Below are positions 48,844-59,532 of a DNA stretch of 64,000 nt, one piece after another. The DNA is from an uncultured Candidatus Saccharibacteria bacterium (GTDB taxonomy: Bacteria; Patescibacteriota; Minisyncoccia; Phycocordibacterales; UBA918). Numbering within the stretch: position 1 is the first letter of the stretch; each line of letters opens with the position of its first letter. Below the pieces are notes generated by a model. That model was given only the letters and a program-made list of their open reading frames with translations. It did no database searches and was not told the origin of the DNA. The DNA is taken from contig CAYGTV010000002.1 in the NCBI GenBank assembly GCA_964353135.1, forward strand, positions 169,122-233,121. Reading direction: 5' to 3'. Made by a program: the position numbers and the translations under genes.

Positions 48844-51015
48844 ATGGCACGAGCATTTCCAATCGAACGACTACGAAACTTTGGTATCGTAGCGCACGTT
48901 GACGCCGGAAAGACTACGACTTCAGAACGTATTCTTTTCTACACCGGTATGTCACACAAAATCGGTGAGGTTCACGACGGTGCAACCGTTACTGACTGGA
49001 TGGAACAAGAACGAGAGCGAGGGATTACAATTACCGCCGCGGCGATTTCTTGTAACTGGGCAAAAACCCTTGAAACTGATCGAAAGAACAAAGCTAATCA
49101 GTTCACGTTTAACATTATCGACACACCAGGTCACATCGACTTTACCGCTGAAGTAAAGCGATCGATGCGTGTGCTCGACGGAGCGGTAGTGGTGTTTGAC
49201 GGTGCAGCCGGAGTAGAGCCGCAAACTGAAACAAACTGGGGCTACGCTGACGAGGCTGAAGTGCCACGAATTTGTTTTGTAAACAAAATGGACAAACTGG
49301 GAGCGGACTTTGACGCTGCAGTAAAATCAATCCACGAACGACTGTCTCCAAAAGCAGTTCGAATTCAGCTTCCGATCGGAGCTGAAAACGATATGTCGGG
49401 AGTAGTCGACTTGATCACTATGAAGGCGTACCGATTTGCTGGTGAAATGGGAATGGATGTAACCGAAGAAGAGATCCCAGCTAACATGGTAGAGGACGCC
49501 ACAAAATGGCGAGCAGAACTGATTGAAAAAGTGGTTGAACATGACGACGTAATGATGGAAGCCTACTTTGGTGGGGAAGAGCCAACTATTGAAGCGCTCA
49601 AAGCAACGCTTCGAAAAGCTGTTCTAGCAAACGAAATCTTCCCAATCATGACCGGTACTGCACTGCAGAACATCGGTGTACAGCTCGTGCTAGATGCAGT
49701 GGTAGATTACCTACCAGCGCCAACTGACCTACCAGACACACACGGAACCAACCCTGACGATGAGGAAAAAGTTGAAACAAGGAAGCCTTCAGACGAAGAG
49801 CCAATGGCTTCACTAGTATTTAAACTACAAGACGACAAGTTTGTTGGACAGCTGGCATTTTTCCGAGTGTACTCAGGAAAGGTGACGTCTGGAACCTATA
49901 TCCTCAACTCAAGTACTGGAAACAAAGAACGAATCGGGCGAATCGTACGATTGATGGCTGACAAGCGAGAAGAAGTGGACGAAGTGTACGCTGGAGAAAT
50001 TGCCGCAGCGGTAGGAATTAAAGAGGTAAAAACTTCACACACCCTGTGTGACCTCAATGCACCGATCCTACTGGAAACCATTACCTTCCCAGCGCCTGTG
50101 GTTGCGGTGCGAGTAGAACCAAAAACTAAGAACGACCAAGAAAAAATGGGAGTAGCGCTTAAGCGACTATCAGACGAAGACCCGACGTTTACCGTTTCAA
50201 CTGACGAAGAAACACTTGAAACCATCATCGCTGGTATGGGTGAACTTCACCTCGACATCCTCGTAGATCGAATGAAACGAGAATTTGGAGTAGAAGCAAA
50301 CATCGGTGCACCTCAAGTAGCGTACCGAGAAACCATCCAAGGAACAGCTTCAGCTGATCACAAGTACGCCAAGCAGTCAGGTGGACGTGGACAGTACGGT
50401 CACGTGAAAATCAACATCAAGCCACTTGAACCTCAGGTGCTTGATGAAAATGGAGATCCAGTAAAAGCGGCAAAAAACATCGTTCGCGAGGATCACTTTG
50501 AGTTCATCAACAACATTAAGGGAGGAGTTATTCCACAGGAATATATCCCAGCCGTGATGAAGGGATGTAAAGAAGCAATGACGCGAGGATTCGTGGCGGG
50601 ATACAAAATGGAAGACGTATCAGTTGAATTATTTGACGGATCATTCCACGATGTTGACTCGAGTGAAATCGCCTTCAAACTAGCTGGTATCAATGCCTTT
50701 AAAGAAGCCGCAGCGCGAGCAAACCCAGTTATCCTGGAACCGATTATGAAAGTTGAAGTACGAACCCCAGAAGAATATATGGGAGATATCCAAGGAAACA
50801 TCTCGAGTAAACGAGGACAACTAGAAGGAACCACCGAAGTAGGAGGCAAGACAGTAGTTAACGCCCAAATCCCACTGTCAGAAATGTTTGGTTACACCAA
50901 CACATTGCGATCAATGACCCAGGGTCGAGCGTCGATGACAATGGAGTTTGATCACTACGCAGTGGTACCACCAAACGTAGCAGAGGACATCAAGAAAGCG
51001 CGGGGAGTAAACTAG
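48844..51015 (+). CDS. fusA: Elongation factor G
   Basis: [51 protein letters not shown]. Confidence 0.99.
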   Translation: MARAFPIERLRNFGIVAHVDAGKTTTSERILFYTGMSHKIGEVHDGATVTDWMEQERERGITITAAAISCNWAKTLETDRKNKANQFTFNIIDTPGHIDFTAEVKRSMRVLDGAVVVFDGAAGVEPQTETNWGYADEAEVPRICFVNKMDKLGADFDAAVKSIHERLSPKAVRIQLPIGAENDMSGVVDLITMKAYRFAGEMGMDVTEEEIPANMVEDATKWRAELIEKVVEHDDVMMEAYFGGEEPTIEALKATLRKAVLANEIFPIMTGTALQNIGVQLVLDAVVDYLPAPTDLPDTHGTNPDDEEKVETRKPSDEEPMASLVFKLQDDKFVGQLAFFRVYSGKVTSGTYILNSSTGNKERIGRIVRLMADKREEVDEVYAGEIAAAVGIKEVKTSHTLCDLNAPILLETITFPAPVVAVRVEPKTKNDQEKMGVALKRLSDEDPTFTVSTDEETLETIIAGMGELHLDILVDRMKREFGVEANIGAPQVAYRETIQGTASADHKYAKQSGGRGQYGHVKINIKPLEPQVLDENGDPVKAAKNIVREDHFEFINNIKGGVIPQEYIPAVMKGCKEAMTRGFVAGYKMEDVSVELFDGSFHDVDSSEIAFKLAGINAFKEAAARANPVILEPIMKVEVRTPEEYMGDIQGNISSKRGQLEGTTEVGGKTVVNAQIPLSEMFGYTNTLRSMTQGRASMTMEFDHYAVVPPNVAEDIKKARGVN

Positions 51016-51133
51016 TCAACTGACTCAGCTCCTACAAGGAAAAACAAACAAACAGCGATCGCATGTGTGATCGCTGTTTGTTTGTGCACAAGCAGTGTCT
51101 ATATGGTGGTGACTTGGTATTATGAAAGTACGT

Positions 51134-53248
51134 ATGAAAAATATCGTCTCTATTATTGCTTTACTAGTTATCGCTACCTTTGTGCTGCCAGCAAACGTTA
51201 CTGCCAGCGGACTGACCTCTCCGGCTGAACTCGAAGGCTTTGCCTGGAGCGGCTACACAAACCCATCAACTGGCGCGCTTGAGGGTGTCGGCTGGATTTC
51301 CATGAACTGTTCAAACGACGGTCCAGGTGCTTGTGCTACCTCTGATTACAAAGTCCAGATTAATCCCGATGGTTCAGTCACAGGCTATGGCTGGTCACCA
51401 AACGTCGGTTGGATTAAATTTGGCGGTTTGTCTGCATTCCCAACGAGTGGTAATGCTACTGTCCAACAAAATGTAACTGCTGTAGGCACTGTTTCAGATA
51501 CAACCGACTTTACCCTTGAAGGCTGGGCTCGAGTTTGTTCCGCAACTGTCGGAGGCGACTGTTCGTCTATGACGACCGACCCTAATGCTGGTGGCTGGGA
51601 TGGTTGGATTTCTATGAGTGGGGAAACTGAGCCATCTGCCCGACCATCAAACGGTGCCTATGACATTCTTCAGTTTACCTCGACTGGCAATAACATCACC
51701 CTAACTGGTAGCGGTTGGCCAAGATCAATATTATACAATGCTGACGGTACAGTACTTTACATGGTGAAAGGAGGAGGGGTTTCAGACACTTATATTATGG
51801 AGTACTCACTATCAACTCCTTATGATGCGTTGACAGCTGTAGAAGTTGGTCCTGTTTTGACATATGCTGGTGTGGTAGACGGTACTTTTATAACAGGCCA
51901 GCCAGAAGGTATTGGAGAAATTTCATTTAATAACGACGGGACGATTTTATACAGTATAAATGCAACCAGTCCCGGGGTGCTTGCTCATCAGCTTGCGGTA
52001 CCGTATGACATTTCTTCTGCTGGCTCACCAGTAACCGTTTTGAATTTAAGTTCATACGATAACATCCCGCGGGATATGGAATTTGATAACAACGGAGATG
52101 TTTTGTATATCTTGGGAGAAAGTAATGATCAGATTTATCTCTTTGATCTAAGTACTCCGTTTGATGTGAGTTCAGCTACTTACAATCAGGTAGCACTAAA
52201 CCTTTCCGCTTTGGATATTGCTGGTAGTGGTTTTGTAACAGGGATACTTTTTAATGACGATGGCACTAAACTGTTTATTTCTGGATTTACTTTCTCACAA
52301 AGCTATGTGTACAGTTATACTCTTGGTTCTGCGTATGACATCACTACGGCTACAGGACCAGTAGGGTTTATAAATTACTCGGTAGGGATAGTCGACATGT
52401 TGTTTAATAACACCGGTACAAAGATGTACGGTTCTGATATCTTTACAAAACGTATACGAGAGTATGAGATTAATTCTCCGGTCACACCCCCGTCCTCACC
52501 CTACGGTATCACCTTTACAAACGGCGAAGCAACAGCTGACTCATTTGCTTGGGGTGGGCCAAACACTATGGGTTGGATCGACTTTTCTCCGGTTGGGACC
52601 ACACCAGTAACGGTGAAACCTCCAGTAGTGGCAGACATCGTAATCAATGGAGTTGGTTTTATACCGGGCACAATCCAGCCTGATGGTACATACGACGTCG
52701 TCACCCTTACTCCAGACGTAACCGGTATCCCAGATGGTGTACCAGTAGATTGGGATCTGTTTGTTGGCGGTCTGCCGGTTGCGGATGGTACTGTCACCGG
52801 AAACGGTCTCAACCCAACCTACGACCGGGCAATTGAACTGACCAGCGTCCCTGCCGGTACGCCGCTAGCAATACGATTTGAGGTTGATATGCCAGTAGCT
52901 GACAGTCAGGTTACTGAAACCAACGAGATAAATCAAAGGAACTTTACCTTAAACTTATCGTACCCACCTCCAGTAATCACCTTTAGTGGTCCACAAGTCA
53001 TCAGATCCGGGGAGCAAGCAGACATAACAGTTACGGTCACAGCTCCGTATGATGTGACGTGTACGTTTGCCGGACCTGGTTTCCCTAGTCCAAGCACAAT
53101 TGCAGTCAGTGGTGGTACAGGAACCGCTACCGAACGATCGAGCCCTCTACAAAACGCCACTCGATTTGAGGTTAGCTGTACGCCAGGAACAGATGTCTAT
53201 ACAGAGGTGTACCAAGTTGAAGTGATCCCAACCTTCCAAGAGATCTAA
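51134..53248 (+). CDS. Secreted CPR-type GxAWS/GWI-repeat protein with inserted beta-propeller-like domain
   Basis: Signal peptide, EGFAWS..GWISMNC, GWDGWIS, C-terminal EVIPTFQEI; paralog of 53350. Confidence 0.75.
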   Translation: MKNIVSIIALLVIATFVLPANVTASGLTSPAELEGFAWSGYTNPSTGALEGVGWISMNCSNDGPGACATSDYKVQINPDGSVTGYGWSPNVGWIKFGGLSAFPTSGNATVQQNVTAVGTVSDTTDFTLEGWARVCSATVGGDCSSMTTDPNAGGWDGWISMSGETEPSARPSNGAYDILQFTSTGNNITLTGSGWPRSILYNADGTVLYMVKGGGVSDTYIMEYSLSTPYDALTAVEVGPVLTYAGVVDGTFITGQPEGIGEISFNNDGTILYSINATSPGVLAHQLAVPYDISSAGSPVTVLNLSSYDNIPRDMEFDNNGDVLYILGESNDQIYLFDLSTPFDVSSATYNQVALNLSALDIAGSGFVTGILFNDDGTKLFISGFTFSQSYVYSYTLGSAYDITTATGPVGFINYSVGIVDMLFNNTGTKMYGSDIFTKRIREYEINSPVTPPSSPYGITFTNGEATADSFAWGGPNTMGWIDFSPVGTTPVTVKPPVVADIVINGVGFIPGTIQPDGTYDVVTLTPDVTGIPDGVPVDWDLFVGGLPVADGTVTGNGLNPTYDRAIELTSVPAGTPLAIRFEVDMPVADSQVTETNEINQRNFTLNLSYPPPVITFSGPQVIRSGEQADITVTVTAPYDVTCTFAGPGFPSPSTIAVSGGTGTATERSSPLQNATRFEVSCTPGTDVYTEVYQVEVIPTFQEI

Positions 53249-53349
53249 AAATCTAAAAAATAAACAACTAGTGGCCGCGTATGCGGCCACTAGTTGTTTG
53301 TGCACAAACACATCTCGGTAGCTAGTATCTTGCTACTATATAGATACGT

Positions 53350-54582
53350 ATGAAAAATATTGTCTTAGTAGTCGCTTTATTATTTGCTGGCGCATGTGCA
53401 CTCCCAGCGTCAGTCAGCGCAACTGGAAGCACTGCTCCAATTGAATTAGAAGGCTTCGCTTGGTCGCCAAACGCAGGCTGGATTTCAATGAACTGTGCGA
53501 ACGATGGCCTTAGTGGTTGTACCACTTCAGATTATCGAGTGTATATTGAGACTGATGGGTCAGTTAAGGGCTGGGCGTGGTCATCAATTTTAGGTTGGAT
53601 TTTATTTGATGCCACTGGCCCGTACCCAAGTGGTCTATCTACCTTTGGTGATAGTGTTGGGGCGGTTGGAACATACCCTAACCTAGCGCTACGTGGCTGG
53701 GCACGGGCGTGTGCTGGTGCTGCAGATGATTTCACCTGCTCAGGTGGAATGAAAGCTAATACTGGTGGCTGGGATGGCTGGATTTCCTTTTCAGGTTCTG
53801 AATCAACCACCGGTGGAAGTTACGGTGTGACATTTGTTAACGGTGAAGCGACAGCAAACTCGTTTGCGTGGGGTGGACCAATCACAATGGGATGGATAGA
53901 TTTCTCGCCTGACGCCAGTTCAGGTCCAGCCATTCCTCCAGTATCACTCGTTCCGACCGTAGACATCACTATTCCTTCGGTTTCCTTTACTCCTGGAATA
54001 CCTGATTTGGGTGGCTATTATGATGCCGTAGCATTTTCACCAACTATACTAGGTATTCCTCTAGGTGAAACTGTAAATTGGACCATTACAGTTGGTGGAC
54101 TCACTGCCAATGGTACAGTTACTCAAACATCATCTGGTCCTGATTTCAGTCCAGTACCTTCTCTAGCTAGTGTTCCGTTTAACGTTACCGACCCACTGGT
54201 GTTTGAGGTAGATATGCCAGAACCAGGAGCAGTACGAGAAACCAACGAAACTAACGTCTTTGTTGACAACCTATTCTCGCTACCACTTCCGCCTCCGACT
54301 ATGTCAATTACCGGACCAGAGGTTGTTCGGGCTGGAGAGACGGCAGAAGTGAGTTGGGAAGTGTCCGCACCATACCCGGTTACTTGTACAGTGCAAGGGC
54401 CAGGTATAAACGAGACACTGATAATCGCTGGGTCACTTGGGTCGCCAGATCCCCAATCAGGAACTAGAGCGTCTGCTCCACTGCAAAATGCCTCTACGTT
54501 TGTTGTGAGCTGCGTGGTTGGCTCAGACACATACACCGAGACCTATGAAGTAGAAGTAATTCCAACCTTCCAGGAAATTTAA
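53350..54582 (+). CDS. Secreted CPR-type GxAWS/GWI-repeat protein
   Basis: Same N- and C-terminal motifs as 51134, without the insert. Confidence 0.75.
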   Translation: MKNIVLVVALLFAGACALPASVSATGSTAPIELEGFAWSPNAGWISMNCANDGLSGCTTSDYRVYIETDGSVKGWAWSSILGWILFDATGPYPSGLSTFGDSVGAVGTYPNLALRGWARACAGAADDFTCSGGMKANTGGWDGWISFSGSESTTGGSYGVTFVNGEATANSFAWGGPITMGWIDFSPDASSGPAIPPVSLVPTVDITIPSVSFTPGIPDLGGYYDAVAFSPTILGIPLGETVNWTITVGGLTANGTVTQTSSGPDFSPVPSLASVPFNVTDPLVFEVDMPEPGAVRETNETNVFVDNLFSLPLPPPTMSITGPEVVRAGETAEVSWEVSAPYPVTCTVQGPGINETLIIAGSLGSPDPQSGTRASAPLQNASTFVVSCVVGSDTYTETYEVEVIPTFQEI

Positions 54583-54600
54583 AAACCTAATCAAAGTACT

Positions 54601-54867
54601 ATGAAGCACTCAAAACATCTCACAGTCTTTGTCTCACTATTGCTAAGTATGCTGCTGGCAGGAGCCATAGCCTACCTATATTTAGTGTACGTGGGTGCAA
54701 GTGTAGAGGATGCTGACACTGTCTCAGATGCTGAAACTAATGTCTCAGGCCAAGCTGCAGTAACACAAGAAGCAATCATGAGGTTGCAAACACCGTCTCC
54801 TGGCACCGGTATGAGTGAAGAAGAAAAACAAGCTGCCATAGATCGGTTACAAGAACCAAGTCTATAA
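54601..54867 (+). CDS. Small single-TM protein (module gene A1)
   Basis: MKHSKHL, TM helix, acidic tail with A..RL repeats. Confidence 0.65.
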   Translation: MKHSKHLTVFVSLLLSMLLAGAIAYLYLVYVGASVEDADTVSDAETNVSGQAAVTQEAIMRLQTPSPGTGMSEEEKQAAIDRLQEPSL

Positions 54868-54946
54868 ATGTCGAGTACGACAACAGTGTAAAACTGGCTC
54901 GTGCGATAGTAAAAAAAGGTATTATAAAAACAGTTACTAAAACATT

Positions 54947-55741
54947 ATGCAAACACTTGTAAACACAACCAAATACATCGGCCTACTAGCAGTAGCTCTT
55001 ACTGTAGCATTAGCTGCCAACCTGACCTATGCACAATGGGTAGACCCAGATGGTATGCCTCCGGCAAACAACCCAGAACCCCCAATTAACATTTCAGGTG
55101 ACTACCAAGCAAAGCTTGGTGATCTCGGAGCGATACGTATGAGATCTGATGAGTACTGCGACGCCACCGGTGCTAACTGTTGGAACCCGTCATCTGGTAG
55201 TGGTCCAACTGGTCCCGGGGGAGACGTAGTTGTGGTTGCTGGGAGGTGTTATGCGCCACTAGACAACGTTACTGTTGACGGTGTGGTACGGAACATTATT
55301 GCTGAAGTAGCATGTGATCCACAAGAGTGTCAAGTTGAGTTTGTTACCCGAGCTAGAAATGACCGCAATACCGACATTCGAACTATTCGACAAACTTCAC
55401 CGAGTGGTCGGGCAGCAGTCTACTTCTGGCAACATAGTGATGACAATCCGCCGGGAGTGTTTGGTACTGCTAGCACCGAAATGCTAGCAGACGATGCGTG
55501 GGGGTCTTCATGGAACGACAGATCAGAACGTATCAGGGTGTATTACATGGATGATACGAAAGAATCACGATACGGAGTTACACTCCGTGGCTATGCAAAC
55601 CGAAGTGACAATCACACAGAATATGGATCGTTTCGTCTGAGGCCGGGTGAGACTACATCTATTGTTGGGCTGCAAGATGGTGCTGTATCTGCTGGATACG
55701 CCCAAGCAAGCGCACGAGTACTAAGTTGCGTTTCGATCTAA
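54947..55741 (+). CDS. Secreted constant-N/variable-C protein (module gene B1)
   Basis: ALT.AL.AN..Y.QW..P...P...N...PIN.SG..Q.K.G..G, then SDEYCD. Confidence 0.7.
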   Translation: MQTLVNTTKYIGLLAVALTVALAANLTYAQWVDPDGMPPANNPEPPINISGDYQAKLGDLGAIRMRSDEYCDATGANCWNPSSGSGPTGPGGDVVVVAGRCYAPLDNVTVDGVVRNIIAEVACDPQECQVEFVTRARNDRNTDIRTIRQTSPSGRAAVYFWQHSDDNPPGVFGTASTEMLADDAWGSSWNDRSERIRVYYMDDTKESRYGVTLRGYANRSDNHTEYGSFRLRPGETTSIVGLQDGAVSAGYAQASARVLSCVSI

Positions 55742-55795
55742 ACTGCAAAGACAGAAATAACTGTTAACAAACCGCTCGGTATGAGCGGTTTGTTC

Positions 55796-55823
55796 TTGCA
55801 TAATTTATCTAGTTTGGTACGAT
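55796..55823 (+). promoter_or_regulatory. Promoter of tuf
   Basis: TTGCAT-16-TACGAT. Confidence 0.55.
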
Positions 55824-56006
55824 AGCCCCACTGCATACAGAGTATCTGTTTGTGGAGCGAAATATATATATCTGCTCTTTCACACGTTTCTTGGTTTGTA
55901 CCAGTTACGCAGCGTTCTCGCGCCGTAACTTGTGCAAGTACAAGAGCTCACGTCTTTTGGCGATTGTGTGCGGTAACCTTATTATTCAATACTAATTTGT
56001 ATTATT

Positions 56007-57197
56007 ATGGCAGATGCATTTGATCGATCAAAAGATCACATTAACGTAGGAACCATTGGTCACGTTGACCACGGGAAAACTACTCTAACTGCTGCAATCC
56101 TCACTACGCTTAACGCAAAAGGTGAAGGATACTCAGCAAACGTGAAGGACGTTGGAGAAATCGACAAAGCTCCAGAAGAAAAAGCTCGAGGTATTACTAT
56201 TTCGCTTTCACACTCTGAATACGAAACTCCAAAGCGACACTACGCACACATCGATGCGCCAGGTCACGCCGACTACATCAAAAACATGATTACAGGAGCT
56301 GCCCAAATGGACGGTGCTGTACTTGTGGTGGCTGCAACAGACGGAGCAATGCCGCAAACAAAAGAACACATCCTTCTTGCCAAACAAGTTGGAGTACCTA
56401 AAATGCTTGTTTTCCTAAACAAGTGTGACATGGTGGACGACGAAGAAATGATCATGCTCGTGGAAGAAGAGCTACGAGAAGACCTCACAAAAGCTGGATA
56501 CGACGGAGAAGGAGCACCAATCATCCATGGTTCTGCCCTAAAGGCACTTGAAGGAGATGCTACATGGCAGGCTAAAATCATCGAACTAGTCGATGCGATG
56601 GATGCGTACTTCCCAACTCCAGAACGTGAACTAGACAAGCCTTTCCTAATGCCAATCGAGGACATCTTCTCAATTGAAGGACGAGGAACAGTGGTAACTG
56701 GTCGAGTAGAACGAGGAATGGTGAAAGTAGGTGAGGAAATCGAAATTGTTGGTATCACAGATACAAAAGTAACAACTGTTACTGGAGTTGAAATGTTCAA
56801 TAAGCAATTGGATCAAGCACAAGCTGGAGACAATGCAGGTATCCTACTACGAGGAACTAAAAAAGAAGACGTACACCGAGGTCAAGTTCTTGCTGCTAAA
56901 GGGTCAGTAACTCCACACACAGAATTTGAAGCAGAAGTATACGTTCTATCAAAAGATGAAGGTGGACGTCACACTCCATTCTTCTCAGGTTACAAGCCAC
57001 AGTTCTACGTTCGAACTACTGACGTTACAGGAGACGTAACACTAGCAGAAGGAACAGAAATGGTAATGCCAGGAGACACAGCTACGTTCAAAGTGAAACT
57101 AGTTGCTCCAGTTGCCATGGAAGAACAAACTAACTTTGCGATTCGTGAAGGAGGGAAGACTGTAGGAGCTGGTGTTGTAACTAAAATTGTCGCCTAA
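56007..57197 (+). CDS. tuf: Elongation factor Tu
   Basis: [43 protein letters not shown]. Confidence 0.99.
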   Translation: MADAFDRSKDHINVGTIGHVDHGKTTLTAAILTTLNAKGEGYSANVKDVGEIDKAPEEKARGITISLSHSEYETPKRHYAHIDAPGHADYIKNMITGAAQMDGAVLVVAATDGAMPQTKEHILLAKQVGVPKMLVFLNKCDMVDDEEMIMLVEEELREDLTKAGYDGEGAPIIHGSALKALEGDATWQAKIIELVDAMDAYFPTPERELDKPFLMPIEDIFSIEGRGTVVTGRVERGMVKVGEEIEIVGITDTKVTTVTGVEMFNKQLDQAQAGDNAGILLRGTKKEDVHRGQVLAAKGSVTPHTEFEAEVYVLSKDEGGRHTPFFSGYKPQFYVRTTDVTGDVTLAEGTEMVMPGDTATFKVKLVAPVAMEEQTNFAIREGGKTVGAGVVTKIVA

Positions 57198-57222
57198 GCG
57201 CAATTGCTAAAGAAATAACACT

Positions 57223-57567
57223 ATGGCTACAGACACTACATCAAAAACCTCCGACGGAGCTATCAACAAACTGCGTATTCGAGTGCGTGCGTACGAACAC
57301 AAAATTCTCGATACTTCTGTAAAGCAGATCATTGATACAGCGATGCGTTTCGACGCTACAGTCGTTGGACCAATCCCGCTGCCAACAGAAATTAAGAAAT
57401 ACACAGTCAACCGTTCAACCTTCGTGCACAAGGACGCGCGAGAACAATTCGAGATGCGAACACACAAGCGTGTGATCGATATCCTCAATCCGAGTCCAAA
57501 AGTAGTAGAGGCTCTCACGAACCTTTCGCTACCGTCAGGAGTCAACATCGACGTGAAGATGATGTAA
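57223..57567 (+). CDS. rpsJ: 30S ribosomal protein S10
   Basis: [31 protein letters not shown]. Confidence 0.98.
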   Translation: MATDTTSKTSDGAINKLRIRVRAYEHKILDTSVKQIIDTAMRFDATVVGPIPLPTEIKKYTVNRSTFVHKDAREQFEMRTHKRVIDILNPSPKVVEALTNLSLPSGVNIDVKMM

Positions 57568-57785
57568 GAATTTGCTAGCGCAAATTCTTCCTCCCATCGC
57601 TACGCTCGGAAATGAATATGCCTTACGGCGCATTCATTTTGCTCGCTACGCTTGGTAGTAGGTAGAAAAGAGTGCTAGCAGATATAGTCTGTTTGCCAAA
57701 CAACAAAAACCGCCCATGTGGGCGGTTTTTGTTGTCTAGTGTCTGCTATAATTTTGGTAGAGATCAACCATCAATCAACAAACTT

Positions 57786-58121
57786 ATGAAACACTCTAAA
57801 CAGTTGACAGTACTAGTAGTAACGTTATTAATACTTCTCATATTTGGAATTGCTTTTTCTCTGTATCTATTAAACATGAGTCAATCGGCAGTACTAATTG
57901 ACTCAGCAGCTGAAACTGACTCAGCAACCAAAGAAACAGACCAGTCAGAAGAAGCGATTAGATCTAGACTAGAAGCGGTGATGGGTACACAGCCGCCTGC
58001 CAGTACAGCATCAACCTCAGAAACAATTGACCGTCTGAACGCTGTAATGGAACAATCAGAACCAATAGATTCGGAGGCAGTCAAAGCTCGCTTAGAGGCA
58101 GTTATGAATAACACCAATTAA
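57786..58121 (+). CDS. Small single-TM protein (module gene A2)
   Basis: MKHSKQL, TM helix, three RL.AVM repeats. Confidence 0.65.
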   Translation: MKHSKQLTVLVVTLLILLIFGIAFSLYLLNMSQSAVLIDSAAETDSATKETDQSEEAIRSRLEAVMGTQPPASTASTSETIDRLNAVMEQSEPIDSEAVKARLEAVMNNTN

Positions 58122-58131
58122 TATATTTATT

Positions 58132-58620
58132 ATGACAACATTTTTTAGCACATTCAAACAAATCGGATTCTTTACCATCGCCCTAACACTCGCACTGGTA
58201 GCCAACTTTGCCTACGGCCAGTGGGTGAACCCAACCCAGGCACCAACCGGTGGCAACGTCGAGGTACCAATCAATACCTCAGGTGCGTCACAAATTAAAA
58301 CTGGAAATCTTGGAATTGGTAGTGTGTTTGTGGATGACACGGCGTATTCAAATAGATACTGCAATCTAGATGGTAGTGCCTGTGCAACTGTGGCCGAGAT
58401 GTTGGCAGGCGGAGGAGGGGTATCAGCGCCTACAGGTCCAACTACGCAGCTATACTCTTGTCCAAATGTTAGTAATACAGCCATGACAATCTTTGGGTGC
58501 CCATCGTCATGCAATGGGCAAGTATCTACTCGGAGTACTTGTGGTGCAGCCAGCAGAAACAGCAGCAACAATCGGTGTGAGCAAGTTCCCGTCAACTGCG
58601 CACCGATCAGTGTGAATTGA
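58132..58620 (+). CDS. Secreted constant-N/variable-C protein (module gene B2)
   Basis: TFKQIGFFTIALTLALVANFAYGQWVNPTQAPTGGN; Cys-rich C-terminus. Confidence 0.7.
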   Translation: MTTFFSTFKQIGFFTIALTLALVANFAYGQWVNPTQAPTGGNVEVPINTSGASQIKTGNLGIGSVFVDDTAYSNRYCNLDGSACATVAEMLAGGGGVSAPTGPTTQLYSCPNVSNTAMTIFGCPSSCNGQVSTRSTCGAASRNSSNNRCEQVPVNCAPISVN

Positions 58621-58890
58621 TTATTAACATAGTGCTGCGGCCGAAACGCCAGTTTTTGTTATCCCCAGTTAGGTACTAAGCAGAGTTGCTAATTATAGCG
58701 GGGATGGCATTATATAGAAACAAAGGAGGGCACCCAGCAATGGGTGCCACTTCTGCGTTATATGGACACGAGCTCTCAAGGGAATGAGTGACCACGAAAA
58801 GAGGTAAAGAAGCCGACTACCACAGCATGATTACGTGGATGAGTCAGTACATTACTACGATCTTTATAATCTTAATTATTTAAGAACAAC

Positions 58891-59016
58891 ATGGAAAAAA
58901 TTCCAACCCAAAGCACTGATCAATTTGCCAGTGAAAACACCTGGCTCGTTCATTGCTTGAGTCTAGCAACCATTGGTATGTTAGCCTACATGCAACTAGC
59001 GCCGATCATCGCCTAA
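58891..59016 (+). CDS. 41-aa peptide with hydrophobic C-terminus (not in ORF track)
   Basis: MEKIPTQSTDQFASENTWLVHCLSLATIGMLAYMQLAPIIA*; AT-rich start context, terminator at about 59056-59093. Confidence 0.5.
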   Translation: MEKIPTQSTDQFASENTWLVHCLSLATIGMLAYMQLAPIIA

Positions 59017-59154
59017 TAGGTGATAGAAAGAAATTGATTATTGCTTAACAAAAATAAAAGCCGCTTCGAGCAACATGCCAGATGCGGCTTTTTGTGTATT
59101 CAGATTCTGTGGAATAACATGTAATGGATTTTGGGTTAGAGATATACTAAATTT

Positions 59155-59520
59155 ATGAGACGTTCAGAACAACTCATAGTCCTCATCACAATGATCCTCA
59201 TATTGCTGGTATTTGGTCTCGTGTTTTATTTGTATTTATCTGCTCCTAATAAAACAGTGGAGCTCGAACAGTCTAGTGCACCAGAGAGCATAACTGCAGA
59301 AGATGTTGATCCGTCACGGTTATCTGAAGCCGAAATACAAGCTCGACTGGAGTTGGTACGACCAACCATGACTGATGCTACTGCAGAGGAAAGTACAGAG
59401 ATTAGAGAAAGACTGAGTGTTGTCAGAGAAGCACAAGCAGACTTGACTCCAGAAGAAAAGGTAGCCAAAGAGGCTGAAATAAAAGCTCGGCTGGATATGT
59501 TACGAGAAACAACAAACTAA
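59155..59520 (+). CDS. Small single-TM protein (module gene A3)
   Basis: MRRSEQL, TM helix, EI..RL..VR repeats. Confidence 0.65.
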   Translation: MRRSEQLIVLITMILILLVFGLVFYLYLSAPNKTVELEQSSAPESITAEDVDPSRLSEAEIQARLELVRPTMTDATAEESTEIRERLSVVREAQADLTPEEKVAKEAEIKARLDMLRETTN

Positions 59521-59532
59521 TTACAATAATTT

